From: Ranitomeya imitator
Taxonomy: Eukaryota
DNA length: 64,000 nucleotides
Direction: 5' to 3'
Assembly (NCBI RefSeq): GCF_032444005.1
Contig: NC_091288.1
Location: 203,360,001-203,424,000, forward strand
The stretch's first letter is position 1. Each line of letters starts with the position of its first letter. A model generated the notes under the pieces. That model did no database searches. It had not been told where the DNA came from and was given only the letters and a program-made list of their open reading frames with translations. The position numbers were made by a program, and so were the translations under genes. Shown here piece after piece: positions 1 through 29,719 of this stretch.

Positions 1-442
1 TGTTGCCACCGGATCAGGTTTTTTCCCCCATAGACTTGTATTCGTTCCGGATAGCACCGGATGACATTGCATTTCCTCCGGTTTTCGCCGGATCCGGCAA
101 ATCTGCCGCTTCCGGTTTCTTGAAAAAACTTCTATAGCAACGTTTTTTGTATTTGTCGAAAAAGCCTGAAGCGCCGGACCCGGCGCTTCCGGCTGTTTGC
201 TAGAATGGAAGCTTATGGGAGCCGGAAGGTACCGGATCCGGAAAAAGGCGGATCCGGCGGCCTGATCCGTTTTTTTTTTTTAAACTGAGCATGCTCCAAA
301 TTTTTTTTTATCCAATAATCTAGATATGCTAGCCGGATGTGTAAAAAAAACGGATCCGTCGCATCAGTTTTTCACAATCTGCGCCGGATCCAGTTTTTCC
401 AACATTCGCCAGATTTAGCCTGACACTGAAAACCTGATGTGT
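1..442. mobile_element. Right part of a non-autonomous TIR element rich in CCGGATCCGG motifs
   Basis: Dense repeated (CC)GGATCC(GG) words ending in TGTGTGAAAGTAGCC (about 428-442), an end resembling the other Harbinger-like MITE termini in this window. The left end lies outside the window. Confidence 0.55.
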
Positions 443-448
443 GAAAGT

Positions 449-738
449 AGCCCCACCTTAGGTTCACACTGTGTTAAACAGCAGCCCGTTCAACATACAC
501 TAACGGGCTGCTGTCAACGCAAGTGCCGGTATATGCAGAGCGCTAGCAGTGACGGACCCGGAAACGCTGCAACCCGAGTCTCAGGGCCCGTCACTCAATT
601 ATGGCACATCGCTAGCGCACGCCCATTGTGGATAGGGGATAATGGCGGCGTTAGATGGACTACGTTACACCGCGTTTATGCCGCGGTGTAACGTAGTCCG
701 TCTAACGAACGCCACAACGTAATGTGAACCCAGCCTTA
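449..738. mobile_element. Harbinger-like MITE with internal 26-bp-stem hairpin
   Basis: GGTTCACACT ... ATGTGAACCCAGCC-TTA ends. The internal CGTTAGATGGACTACGTTACACCGCG and CGCGGTGTAACGTAGTCCGTCTAACG form an inverted repeat. Confidence 0.55.
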
Positions 739-1417
739 AGGGTCTACCCTGGAATGAATGGGTAAAATCTGTACAAAAAAAAGAGCATTAGTGCAACAGA
801 AATTAACAGCTACTTTTTTTTTTATCAGATTCATTAAATCTCTCCAATAATGAAAAGGAAGAATAAACTCCACAATATAGTACGCCGTGGACATGATGCA
901 TGTTGTCCCTTTATGGAATCAGTGAGAAAAAAAGAACTAATTCAGGGTTTTGGTTTCTCGTTCAGATCCTTTCTTTAATTTAGCCAAAGTGAGTAGTGAC
1001 TACAAAAAGTGCCTCTCTATGAAAACTGCACATCTGTACATTACATTGATATATATTTGCTTATTCTGGGCTTAAAGTCCAGTGGGCGGTCCTGATTGGA
1101 TCTGAATCAATCTGTTTAGCACCGCCCACTGGACTCCTATGCAAAGAAGGCACGGAGTTCTCAATGGATACATTAGACATTATGCTGAATCTTGTTTAAT
1201 AGAACTATATAACAATCTTCTCAGTTCCTCCTGCCGAAGAGACAGGTCTCCATATACAACATGAAAATATTTACAGCTAACCAGGTACCAACAGCCGGAC
1301 TCCGTCCTCAGCTTGGTTGGAGTATCCCTTTAACCAAGGAGGATTGTACAAATAGAACGACCCCTTCAAAACTAATGCATACCCAATCCATTGTGGTTTT
1401 GTTGATGACTTGCTGTC

Positions 1418-1651
1418 TTAAAGGCGTTGTCCGGTGAAAACAAGGTATCACCTATTCAAAGGAGAGGTCATAATTTAGTGATTGGTGGGTGTGTGACCGA
1501 TCAAAAATACAGTTGTCTAAATCTACCCTAACGGGGATAAAAATTCCCCTCTCTGTCTATTAGTGCAGGTACCAGCAGTCAGGCCTCCAGCGATCAGTAA
1601 ATTATCGCCTATCCTATGTAATAACATGTTTTCACTGGACAACCCCTTTAA
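1418..1651. mobile_element. TTAA-flanked T2/Kolobok-like MITE
   Basis: TTAA-AGGCGTTGTCCGGTGAAAAC ... GTTTTCACTGGACAACCCCT-TTAA terminal inverted repeats with a TTAA duplication. Confidence 0.75.
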
Positions 1652-2549
1652 TTAAAAAGACACTAAACGGCTAATGAAAAATTTTACCTCCGGGAACCAG
1701 TGTTGTTCCTCTGTACCCAGCCTGGTATCAAAATCTGGTGGGGACATCATGAGAAAGCTGCAGCTGATCAGTGGCCACAGATTGGCTGCAGCGCTTACAA
1801 TGAATGTTGATGGCAGAGGACTGGGTGTAGACGCAGCGTTGAGTACAGAGGATCGGGGGTGCATGGACCCATTAACCAGTGCACATTAATGAGACTTGGG
1901 GTAGGCTGCCCGCTATGGTGACCCCAATAAACGTGTTACTGCTGAGACTCCTCTGATCTCTGGAATAGGGGTCCTGAAATAAAAAGGAGCGATGGTCTGT
2001 GCTCTCTGCTTTCTCTGTCAGTCCAGTAGACCCCCAGCACTAGGGCCCATGCTTGACCAATGTTCCTTTCTGTCTTCCTTGGAAAGGGGGCTCAAGACCC
2101 TGATCTGGTCATCGCAGATCCGACTGGATCAGTGATAAATCATGTCGTTCACTTCTGGATCATCAGGTACGGCGCACATGTCCTATGCTGATAAGTAGGA
2201 TGCGCCAGGTCTATGTGGCCCCTGGGTGACAGAATCCCACTGGGCCCCTCTTCACTTCCGATTTGTCCTCCTCCTCTTCCATGAGCTATACCCTTTATTT
2301 CTCGGTCAGCAGAGTACTATCAGGGCTTGTTTTTGCGGCACGAGCTGTAGTTTTTATTAGACTTTCTGATTTTTTTTTTTTTTATTTTTTTTTCCCAAGC
2401 AAAATGACCATTTGTATTGGATAATATATATTTTGCTTGTTTACAGCCAAGATGATACTAAATATGTTTTTATTTTTATTATATAGGCTATTCTATATAT
2501 CTATTTGATCTGTATATAAGGTCATTTCCCAAATTGTGAAAATTGCTGT

Positions 2550-3361
2550 CGTCATGGCAACCAAAAACATGGCGGCACCGCTAAAAGGATGACCACGCCC
2601 CCTCCAGTTTAAAGAGCTGACCACGCCCCCTACCCAATCAGCCAGCCGGCGTGGTTCGAATTCTCCTGGCCCCGCCTCCCACCCTGCCCGTGCCAGCACA
2701 TGCCGCAGACCTCAGGTAACCTCAGCCGCTTCCTGCTTTCCTTCCATTGGGCAAAAATGTCCGTGACGTCACGAGCAAAGCCAATACTCTCTTATCCACT
2801 CGGTTCAAAAAAGAAATTAATCGCGTCGCTCTCTGGGTAAAAAAAAAGGCGTGGTTATCAGATCACGTGCAATATACTTAATTTTGTTATTGGTCGGTTA
2901 GGCGGAGGGTGCCGAGTGCGAATACGACATGGTTAGTAAGGGCAGACCACGGTCGGTTTAAATTAACCGTCAAACCGAAGCGCCGATGTGAACTTGTGCT
3001 CACGATGACATTAATAGGAAAAAAGTTAAAAATACCCGAAGTTACGTTTATGGAGGGACTACGTCGCTATGGTAACTAATGTCAACGCTAATTGGGTGGA
3101 TTTGATAAGAGTTTCTGAATACCTATTGGCTGTGGAGAAGTTGAGGGCGTGGTTATCGGTGGTATTTATTATAGGATAGGCGTGGCCTGAATACACTAGT
3201 GGGCGTGTTTTGGAGGCAAAGTGAATGGGAAGTTGTAGGAGGCGTGGTCTTAGGAATGGGGCAAGCGCGGCCCGGTTTGTAGCCCACAGCGAGGTCTGAC
3301 TGCTCTGCTAAGCGGCTGTCCTGCAACCCTGCTCGGCCATCTACCTCACTCACCTGCCGGT
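2550..3361 (+). promoter_or_regulatory. CCNF promoter region (CpG-rich; GC/GT boxes, CCAAT boxes, CHR-like TAGGAA)
   Basis: CpG-rich and directly upstream of the ATG at 3362. Repeated GGCGTGG (about 2848, 3146, 3180, 3241), CCAAT/ATTGG boxes (about 2635, 2781, 2887, 3124), TAGGAA at 3251-3256 just after GGCGTGG (CDE/CHR-like), an X-box-like GTCGTCATGGCAAC (about 2548-2561) and a YY1-like AACATGGCGGC (about 2566-2576). Motif function is inferred. Confidence 0.7.
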
Positions 3362-20876
<17,515 letters not shown>

Positions 20877-23563
20877 AAAGCCCCCCATCTCCCCCGTGTA
20901 CAAAGACCTATAGAATAACATATATTTTTGTCATTTAAAAGTTTTGTTGTGGAGTCTTTTCTGGGCAGGCGACTTCTACATATTGCAGCCTCCATTGTAT
21001 CGGGAATTATGGGGCCAATTAAAGGGGTCCTTCCATCGACCTTTATTGCCTAAGCATAGGGCAGGTGATACATGTAATCACTGGGAATCTGACCGCAGGG
21101 GCCCCCTCCGATCACAGGAAGGGGGGTCCAGTATGATTGGAGCAGAAGTGTATACATGGCTACCACTCCCATAGATGTGAATAGAGCCACAGCCGCACTT
21201 TGCTCCGTTCTTGTGATTGGGAGGGTCCCAGGTAATTCTTGCTATTATCCCTTTAGGAAAGCTGTTGTCCAAGGTTAGAAAAAAAAATATGCTTCTTGCC
21301 TCCAGAAACAGCACCACACCCATCCACAGGTTGTGCCCGGTATTGCGGCTCAGATCTATTCACCAGATTGAGGCTGAGCTGCAATTCTAGAAACCTGTGG
21401 AAAGGTGTGTGGCTGTTTTCCTACTCCCACACTCCGCTGCTAACAACCACTGTGACAATATGCTACCGAAACTGGTATTTGTTGGCAGTAAACCACGGTC
21501 TGGGTGTTATTGCCCACTTCTTTAATTTTTTTTATTATTTTTTTTTTAATTAAATGAGCCTATCAGCTGAGTTTTGTCATGGCGTCCCCTCCTTTATCTT
21601 TAAAAAAAACAAAAAAAAAACTTTTGTGCATCAGTACAGAACCTGGCCCCAAACCACTGCAGCTTATGGGGTGCGACTGCTGCCTCTGCACCCCACGAGC
21701 GATGCTGCAGTCCGGCCAATGTGTGTGAGCTGGGATAAGGAGGATCATGATGCCTGATTGTAATGTCTGACTGATTAACTCCAGGCTGCCGCTTTATGTT
21801 TTTGGCCCTCTGGTCGCTAAATGTGTATTATTAGGTAAAGTCCATTATAACATGACCTCCGGCTGATCTGGAGACAATAGTAAGACTGAGATAACCTATA
21901 TAACTCAAGTTGTAAAAATGTGGATTTAAGTCTTATCACTGGTTTATTAGGACTCCAAAGTCCACAGCAAGCTACAAAAAACCCGGCCAGGAGCGGTGTA
22001 AAGTGCGCGCTCGCCAATAAATGTGTATATAAGGGGTGTGAGTCCTGCAGAATATCGCACCTTCAGCTCATGGATGACGCTCCCGAAACCTCCAGATGGG
22101 GGCGCCGGTGGTGCTATGGATCCAGGACGCACATCCTCTATCACATGACAGAAGCTGCAATTTCTGACGCGCAGCCTCGTCAGATCAGGAGGGGAAGCAG
22201 AACCTGTGCGCGGTTCTACTTTTTCATGTTCAGACGAGTATGGAGAAAATTAAATATTTTTTTTAGTTGTACGGTGATGTGAGTGACATTAGTATTGTAT
22301 CCTCTATCTTATTTCATGTCAAGTGGCACACTAAGGCTATGTGCATAGTTTTTTTTATTTTTTTTTTCCCTTTTTTTTTTTTTTTTTTTTTTTTTTTGTT
22401 TTTAGGCAGTCACGTATTTCTACAAAAATTCCCAGTAAGAAGGCGTTTCCTGAAGTTTTTCTTTTCCTGAAACTTCTGAAGGACTTTGGAAGTGTTTTTT
22501 TTTTTTTTCTTTCCCCTTTGATCGTGCATATTTTAGAGAGGTTTCCTTCAAGCACCACTTCAATGAAATGACGTGCCCTTTTTCTAGTTCCACCAGGAGT
22601 TTTTCAAAACCCCTCAAGCCTCATATGGGCAGTAGAGTGGATTTCCTATGGAAATGAGTTTGAAGAGGATTTTGGACTGGTGCTGCTTTAAAAAAACAAA
22701 ACTCCACACCCTACTGACTTTTGTTTTTTTTTTTTTTCCCTGCATTAACACCATATGAATACACCGTAACATTGGTTTTCTTTTCCAGAAGAATTTCCTA
22801 AAAAATAGTTTAAAAAAAACAAACACTTTTTTTTTTTTTTAAGAGCAGGTCTGCTATGGAAAATTGCTTGAAAGACTCTTCCTGATCATTTCTATAATTA
22901 TTGTGTTCCGCCTCTTGAGCAATTTTTGGGGATTTTTGAAAAATTCCTCGTGGGGGAGGGGAAGAATGCAAATATCACTTCTTTTACAGAACCAAATAAT
23001 TGAGCCAGAATACATGTTGGTGGTGTAAGGGCAAATGCGTAGGTGCGCATTCACACTGTGGCCATTTAAGAAAACCTAAGTAAAAAAAAAAAAACAAAAT
23101 GAGCAAACTCCCTCTAGGAAGGGTCTTGCTCTGCCCTTACCTATTTGGGCGTGACCCACAAGAGCTGGGTATTGTCCCATTTGGGATACACCGCATCATG
23201 GTGCAATGGATTTTAAGCTTTTTTTGATCAAAACAATTTGCTCATTTTTTATTTATTATTTTTAATCTTGGGTTCTGTTATTTCTTTTCAAGCATTACCT
23301 CATGGGAAACACTCAACTAGGCCTGGTCCCAGCAAAAGGCTGCAAAAAAAAAAATAAATGTTCCAAACCTCTGCAAAAGAAGCATTTCTAGAATCGGTTT
23401 TCACTAAAAAGGTTTTTGATTGGCTAAAAAAAGCAAAAAAAACTTTTGTGTGCACATACCTCACGGGGGTCTTTTTCAGTTTTTGGAGCAGAACCTGAGC
23501 AGTGACTCCCAAGTTTTTGAGAAGGAGTTGGAGAGTTTCCGCTCCAAGAACGCTTCACAAAAC

Positions 23564-23921
23564 TTAGATATTACTCTATCTCCAAGATCCTATCCCAATA
23601 TGTGGCAGGTGTAATAAAAATATTCACGCATGCCTCCAATTAGAAATGTAGGATAGTTCTTCTGATTTGTTACGTCACTTATCCCATGTGCAGGGTATTG
23701 TGCAGTAGCTTAGGTTTCAGCAGCTACGACCAATGATATAGTGATAGTTCTTAGCAGTCGTGACCATAGATACCTAAGCTACTACAATGCCCTACATGGG
23801 GTAAGCGACATAGAAAATCAGAAGAACTATCCTACATTTCTAATTGGAGGACTTTGTGAATATTATTCTTATTACAATTGCTACGTATGGAGACAGAATC
23901 TTGGAGATGGGAATACCCTTA
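23564..23921. mobile_element. Palindromic T2-like MITE (sister of 55212-55548), degenerate ends
   Basis: CTATCTCCAAGATCCTATCCCAATATGT ... GAATCTTGGAGATGGGAATACCC; internal sequence shared with 55212-55548. Confidence 0.65.
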
Positions 23922-24142
23922 GGGTGTGGTAAAGGGGTATGTGCCCACAATAATTTATTTGCCAAACCTCCTCCACCCCCCCCCACGGTACAATTTTCTG
24001 GGCCTATGTGTTTGGCCTGCAGCCGCTCCTGGATTATGAGCCATGTATCGGCCTACTCTCTGGATAGGAGTCTTCAGACATCATTGACGCACTCCACATG
24101 TGATATTAACTCTTATCACAGTTGTCCAGAAACAAGGATAAT

Positions 24143-24336
24143 AGAGTAGAGCGAATATGTTCGGATTCGGTGTCCTAATTTTGCCATATTCGTGCCGAAT
24201 TTGATGATCGATTCCGAACATATTTGGTCATTTCTACTCCCATTGACTCCAGTGACGTTTGATAAATATTGCAAAAACAATATTTGCTGCCGATTTGTAA
24301 TCGGAACCCAATTTTTTAAAATTTGCTCAACTCTAA
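24143..24336. mobile_element. hAT-like MITE
   Basis: TAGAGTAGAGCGAAT ... ATTTGCTCAACTCTA inverted ends, similar in style to 6841-7153. TSD not clear. Confidence 0.55.
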
Positions 24337-24583
24337 TAATAATCTCAAGGCACTAAAAGATGACGAGATGTCATCCTAAAACACAACTATTCACCACGTC
24401 AGATGTTTCCACAGTCGTCAGTCGTCTTCCTCCTGAGAAATAAATTCGTTTCTTTCTCTGCCTCGTTCCATCTGTTGCTGTTTTTGCAAATCAAATGATT
24501 TTGAAGATCTGATTTTCGAAGAACTGCAACCCCCGGGACATTGAGACTGAGCTCACAGGCTAATCTGCAGGTAACAACCATAA

Positions 24584-24776
24584 GGCTGCCGTCACACGAT
24601 CAGTATTTGGTCCGTATTTACATCAGTATTTGTAGCCAAAACCAGGAGTGGGTGATAAATACAGAAGTGGTGCATATGTTTCTATTATACTTTTCCTCTA
24701 TTTATTCCACTCCTGGTTTTGGCTGAGAAATATTGATGTAAAATACTGAGCAAATACTGCTAGTGTGACGACAGCC
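24584..24776. mobile_element. Harbinger-like MITE
   Basis: TAA-GGCTGCCGTCACAC ... GTGTGACGACAGCC inverted ends. Confidence 0.7.
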
Positions 24777-24974
24777 AAGTCAGAGCGCAAATATAATCCA
24801 GCAATTATATATTGTACTGGTCCAATATAACAGAGAAAGCGCAGCTACATACTATGTACACACGAACCCTTCCTTTATTATTCACTCATTGCTTCACCTT
24901 CAAAACAGCATGAAACTCAGTGACTGACAAGAGACATATTGTGATAGGTCAAAGCATCTCCAAAACAGCAGACA

Positions 24975-25745
24975 TGGGGTGTACCTGGTATACGGCAGGT
25001 CTTGTGGGGTGTTCCCAGTATACGGCAGGTCTTGTGGGGTGTTCCCGGTATACGGCAGGTCTTGTGGGGTGTTCCCGGTATACGGCAGGTCTCGTAGGAT
25101 GTTCCTGGTATACGTCAGGTCTTGTGGGGTGTTCCTGGTATACGTCAGGTCTTGTGGGGTGTTCCCGGTATACGGCAGGTCTTGTGGGGGTGTTCCTGGT
25201 ATACGGCAGGTCTTGTGGGGTGTACCTGGTATACGGCAGGTCTTGTGGGGGTGTTCCCGGTATACGGCAGGTCTTGTGGGGTGTTCCTGGTATACGGCTG
25301 GGCTTGTGTGGGGTGTTCCTGGTATACGGCAGGGCTTGTGGGGTGTTCCTGGTACATGGCAGGTCTTGTGGGGGTGTTCCTGGTACATGGCAGGTCTTGT
25401 AGGGTGTTCCCGGTATGCGGGAGGTCTTGTGGGGGTGTTCCTAGTACACTGCAGGTCTTGTCAGGGTGTTCCCGGTATACGGCAGGTCTTGTGGGGTGTT
25501 CCCGGTATACGGCAGGTCTTGTGGGGGTGTTCCTGGTATACGGCTGGGCTTGTGGGGGTGTTCCTGGTACATGGCAGGTCTTGTGGGGTGTTCCCGGTAT
25601 GCGGCAGGTCTTGTGGGGGTGTTCCCGGTATATGGCAGGTCTTGTGGGGGTGTTCCCGGTATATGGCAGGTCTTGTGGGGGTTTTCCCGGTATATGGCAG
25701 ATCTTGTGGGGGTGTTCCCCGGACATGGCAGGTCTTATGGGGTGT
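24975..25745. repeat. 30-31-bp minisatellite, about 25 copies, CCNF-ABCA3 intergenic
   Basis: Unit GGTATACGGCAGGTCTTGTGGGG(G)TGTTCCC. It generates the repetitive 160-260 aa ORFs in the track. Confidence 0.97.
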
Positions 25746-26059
25746 TCCTGGTTTCTATTGAGCTTGTAAGCACTATACTGAAGTTGACCAGGATAACAGG
25801 AGCATACTATTACCTCTTAGACCCGTCCAGCTTCATCACTGTGCCTACAAGTTAGTCAGCAGCGGTCCTTTTTGCATTGGTACCTTTTTTTTTTTTTTGT
25901 CTAGTTTTTGGTGTTTTTCGCCTGTTTTTTATTTGTGCCTTATTATATTAATTTGTGCTGTTATAAAATCTAAAGTCACTAAGTTTTTGCACAAATCTTA
26001 TCCAATCTGTCTCTGGAGTAATTTTGAGCCTGATTCATTTGTAATCGTGTGTATATATA

Positions 26060-27336
26060 TCTACTATATAATTGTCTAAGGGTCACTTCCGTCTTTCTGT
26101 CCTTCTGTCTGTCTGTCATTCTTTCTGTCAAGGATATTCATTGGTCACGGCCGGTGGCCCGATTCTAACGCATCAGGTATTCTAGAATATGCATGTCCAC
26201 GTACTATATTGCCCAGCCACGTACTATATTGCCCAGCTCGCGTAGTACATTGCCCAGTCCGCGTAGTATATAGCAATGTGGGCATCATATCCCAGCTAAA
26301 AAAAAGAATTAGGCCGGCGTCACACTGGCGCTTTAAATGATAAGTTATGGGGCAGTTCCCACCAGCAGACTTTTTGTCAGCCGTTTTCCTCGCTGGTCAG
26401 CATGCTGCGATTGTCTCGGACCGAGGAAAACTCTCGGCTCACTCGCACCCATATAAGCCTATGGGTGCGAGTGAGACAGCGCACACCACTCTGATATCAT
26501 CCGAGTGATGTGCGTTGTAAGCGGACCCCAGCAATGGAGGAGATGGAGAAATTCATTTCTCTGCCTCCTCCGCAGCTGTGCTCCGATCCTCCCTGTGCGA
26601 GAGAATCGGAGCACAGACGCATGACACTCGGCTCCTGCTCTGCTGCGAGCAGGAGCCGAGGGTCATTAGCATATCGCATCCGATGATCTCGCATCGGATG
26701 CAATACGCCAGTGTGACGCCGGCCTTAAAGTAAAAATTAGTTATATATCACCCTCCGTTGGCCCCTGGATCCAGGCAGCGTTTACCGACGCTCCTCACGC
26801 GCTCCGGTCTCAAGAGTGCATTGCGGTCTCGCGAGGTGATGACGTAGCGGTCTCGCGAGACCGCTATGTCATCATCTCGCGAGATCGCAATGCATGGAGC
26901 GGTCACCAAAGCGTCGCGTTGAGCGGGAAAGGCGCCGGAGGGTGAGTATATGATGATTTTTTATTTTTTTAAATTATTTTTAACATTAGATCTTTTTACT
27001 ATTGATGCTGCATACGCATCATCAATAGTAAAAAATGTTGGTCACACAGGGTTAATAGCAGCGTTAATGGAGTGCGTTACACCGCGGCATAACGCGATCC
27101 GTTACCGCTGGCATTAACCCTGTGTGAGCACTGACTGGAGGGGAGTATGGAGCGGGCACTGACTGCGGGGACGAAGGACTGCGCCCGTCACTGATTGGTC
27201 GTGGCAATGGTTGTGGGTGTTTTGCCACGACCAATCAGCGACTTGGATTCCATGACAGACAGAGGCCGCGACCAATGAATATCCGTGACAGAAAGACAGA
27301 CAGATAGAAGTGACCCTTAGACAATTATATAGTAGA
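26060..27336 (-). mobile_element. Non-autonomous Helitron-like element (27336 to 26153, minus) fused to a 5' fragment of a second copy (26060-26152, plus)
   Basis: Both outer ends read A|TCTACTATATAATTGTCTAAGGGTCACTTC. The long copy ends in a hairpin CCTGAT-GCGTTAGA-ATCGGG-CCACC but has no terminal CTAG. The Helitron label is inferred from the TC start, preceding A and subterminal hairpin. Confidence 0.6.
26312..26724. mobile_element. Harbinger-like MITE nested in the Helitron-like element
   Basis: GGCCGGCGTCACACTGGCG ... CGCCAGTGTGACGCCGGCC perfect 19-bp TIR, with TTA on both sides (26309-11, 26725-27). Confidence 0.85.
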
Positions 27337-27827
27337 TAGATTTGTTTTTCATGCAAAATAAACAATAATCTTTATTTTTGTCTTTAACCCGTTTTTGAGA
27401 CTTTTTTTTTAGCTAAAAATGTTGCAAATTCAACTAAAATGTTATAAAATTTGGGCAAAAAAATCTCAGAAATATTTAAAATCGCTCCGGGCGGGGGAGA
27501 AGGACTGGAGCACATTTCTAAAAAGTTGCAATTTATGAATCGGCCAAAAACATCTGGAGAACAAACCACATGCTCACAAACATTAAAATAAAACAAAATT
27601 AAAAAAAATAGATGAATGCATAGAAAATCAGGAGCAAATTAGAAGAATTTGGAGCACATGAAAAATGGGCAAGAACCACCAAAAACTAGACAAAATTGGT
27701 GCAAATGCTTTAGTGAACAGGGTCCAGAGTGACCAAAAATCAGAAATTGTGCTATTTCTATAACTTCATTTTATTGTTCTCCATATGAGATAAATATGAC
27801 CTTTTATTAGTTTTGACAGTTATGGAT

Positions 27828-27982
27828 NNNNNNNNNNNNNNNNNNNNNNNNNNNNNNNNNNNNNNNNNNNNNNNNNNNNNNNNNNNNNNNNNNNNNNNNN
27901 NNNNNNNNNNNNNNNNNNNNNNNNNNNNNNNNNNNNNNNNNNNNNNNNNNNNNNNNNNNNNNNNNNNNNNNNNNNNNNNNNN
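27828..27982. other. Assembly gap (N run)
   Basis: Run of N. Confidence 0.99.
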
Positions 27983-28890
27983 ACTCCCAATGTGAACACA
28001 TGCAAGCTGTATCATATAGATATAAAGAAACACAGCAGCACATGTATATGAATCTAGGCCATGTGAGAACACAGACAAATATTCGATATGAATCATACTT
28101 CTCAAAAATATTTTTTCGTAAAAAAAAATTTTCAAAAATTTTTTTTTATAAAACTTTTAGTTATAGATAAAATGAAGATTCTTAGCGCATAAATTGGCCA
28201 ATTCATGTGTGCCCATCAACCACGGCAAGGTGATCTCCCTCTGATGGGTCCTACTCTACTGTACATGCCACTCTTGTAGGCTGGTGGCCTATAACTGTAA
28301 GTTTTATAAAAAAAAATTTTGAAAATTTTTTTTTATGAAAAAATATTTTTGAGAAGTATGATTCATATCGAATATTTGTCTGTGTTTTCACATGGCCTAG
28401 ATTCATATACATGTGCTGCTGTGTTTCTTTATATCTATATGATACAGCTTGCAGCTTGCATGTGTTCACATTGGGAGTGCTGGTTGGTTTTTTTTTTTCT
28501 TTGTTTAGTGTATGGATGTGGCTGCATCCAGACTGATCTTGCACTCCTCCCATTGACCTTGCAGGTGTCGGTAATCATTTCTACTTGTCCATAAATTGTA
28601 GGTCTAGCCCAGAGTGACATGTTTGTCCTAAGTTGTAGGCTGGTGGCCCAAGAGTGGCATGTACAGTAGAGTAGGACCCATCAGAGGGAGATCACCTTGC
28701 CGTGGTTGATGGGCACACATGAATTGGCCAATTTATGCGCTAAGAATCTTCATTTTAGCTATAACTGTAAGTTTTATAGAAAAAAATTTTTTATGAAAAA
28801 ATATTTTTGAGAAGTATGATTCATATTGAATATTTGTCTGTGTTTTCACATGGCCTAGATTCATATACATGTGCTGCTGTGTTTCTTTAT
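27983..28890. mobile_element. Penelope-like tandem-plus-inverted repeat cluster (same family as 14943-15565)
   Basis: A forward arm at about 27983-28257, then two head-to-tail reverse arms (about 28290-28495 and 28668-28890) separated by the spacer sequence. Confidence 0.5.
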
Positions 28891-29719
28891 ATATATATAT
28901 ATTAAAAAGGAAATATTGGTCCTCCCAGGAATTTGCGGTACTGTAATATTTAAGTATTGTACAATTACTAATCTCTCATGAAGCTCAGCCACTGATTGTA
29001 CAAGTATGGCAGACACGGTGACTTTAGTATAACCCCCCACTGAAACGTCAGCGCCAACGGAACCCTGTAATCGTGTTGCAGGTCGGGGATGGTTAAGGAG
29101 AGACACCTTCCCACATTTCCAACCCCTTAAATGTCTCTGACTTGATTGACAGTGGCATCGAAGAGGTTAATCTGCTGCCATCGATAACCGCTTATAGCAC
29201 ACGACCCCTGACCGCACTCCATGCATGTACAGCGCATGTGGCATATAGTCGCCTGGGCAGAGTGGTCTGCGACACTTGTCCTGGCTGTGACTTTGATGGG
29301 TTAATCTTTCTGCAAGTAATAAGAAGGTGACTTGGGGACAGGACAGCTAATCCTTGTCACCGTAATGTGACTGTTAACCCTCCGCCAGGGTTCAGGGGTT
29401 TCTGTGACGAGTGTCGGACGCCTGGACGTCTCTTTTGCAAGCGACTTACGATGTTGCAATTTTTTTTTTTTTTTTTACTTCTGCAACCGAAAGAACAGAA
29501 ACTTGAAAACAGTTAATGAGGGAGAAAGAAAAATGGAAAACGGGCCGCTGGGTCCACAGAGGGGATATTAGTGAATACGCGTTTCGTACACTACCACCCA
29601 TCATCAGCTTGCACAAAAAAACCCTAAATGTAATTTGTTTCATAACTGAAGATAAGTAATAGCTCAGAGGGGGAAAAAAAACCTTTTACCCCCAAATTCT
29701 CTCTCTCTCTGCCATGTAC

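Noticed and set aside
2142-2166. ATG...TCAG|GTACGG, another phase-1 mini exon upstream of CCNF
   Set aside because: No promoter motifs or good acceptor next to it, so it is likely a chance match.
24900-25855. Long repetitive ORFs (160-260 aa) on both strands
   Set aside because: They are translations of the 30-31-bp minisatellite, open in several frames, with no splice or domain support.
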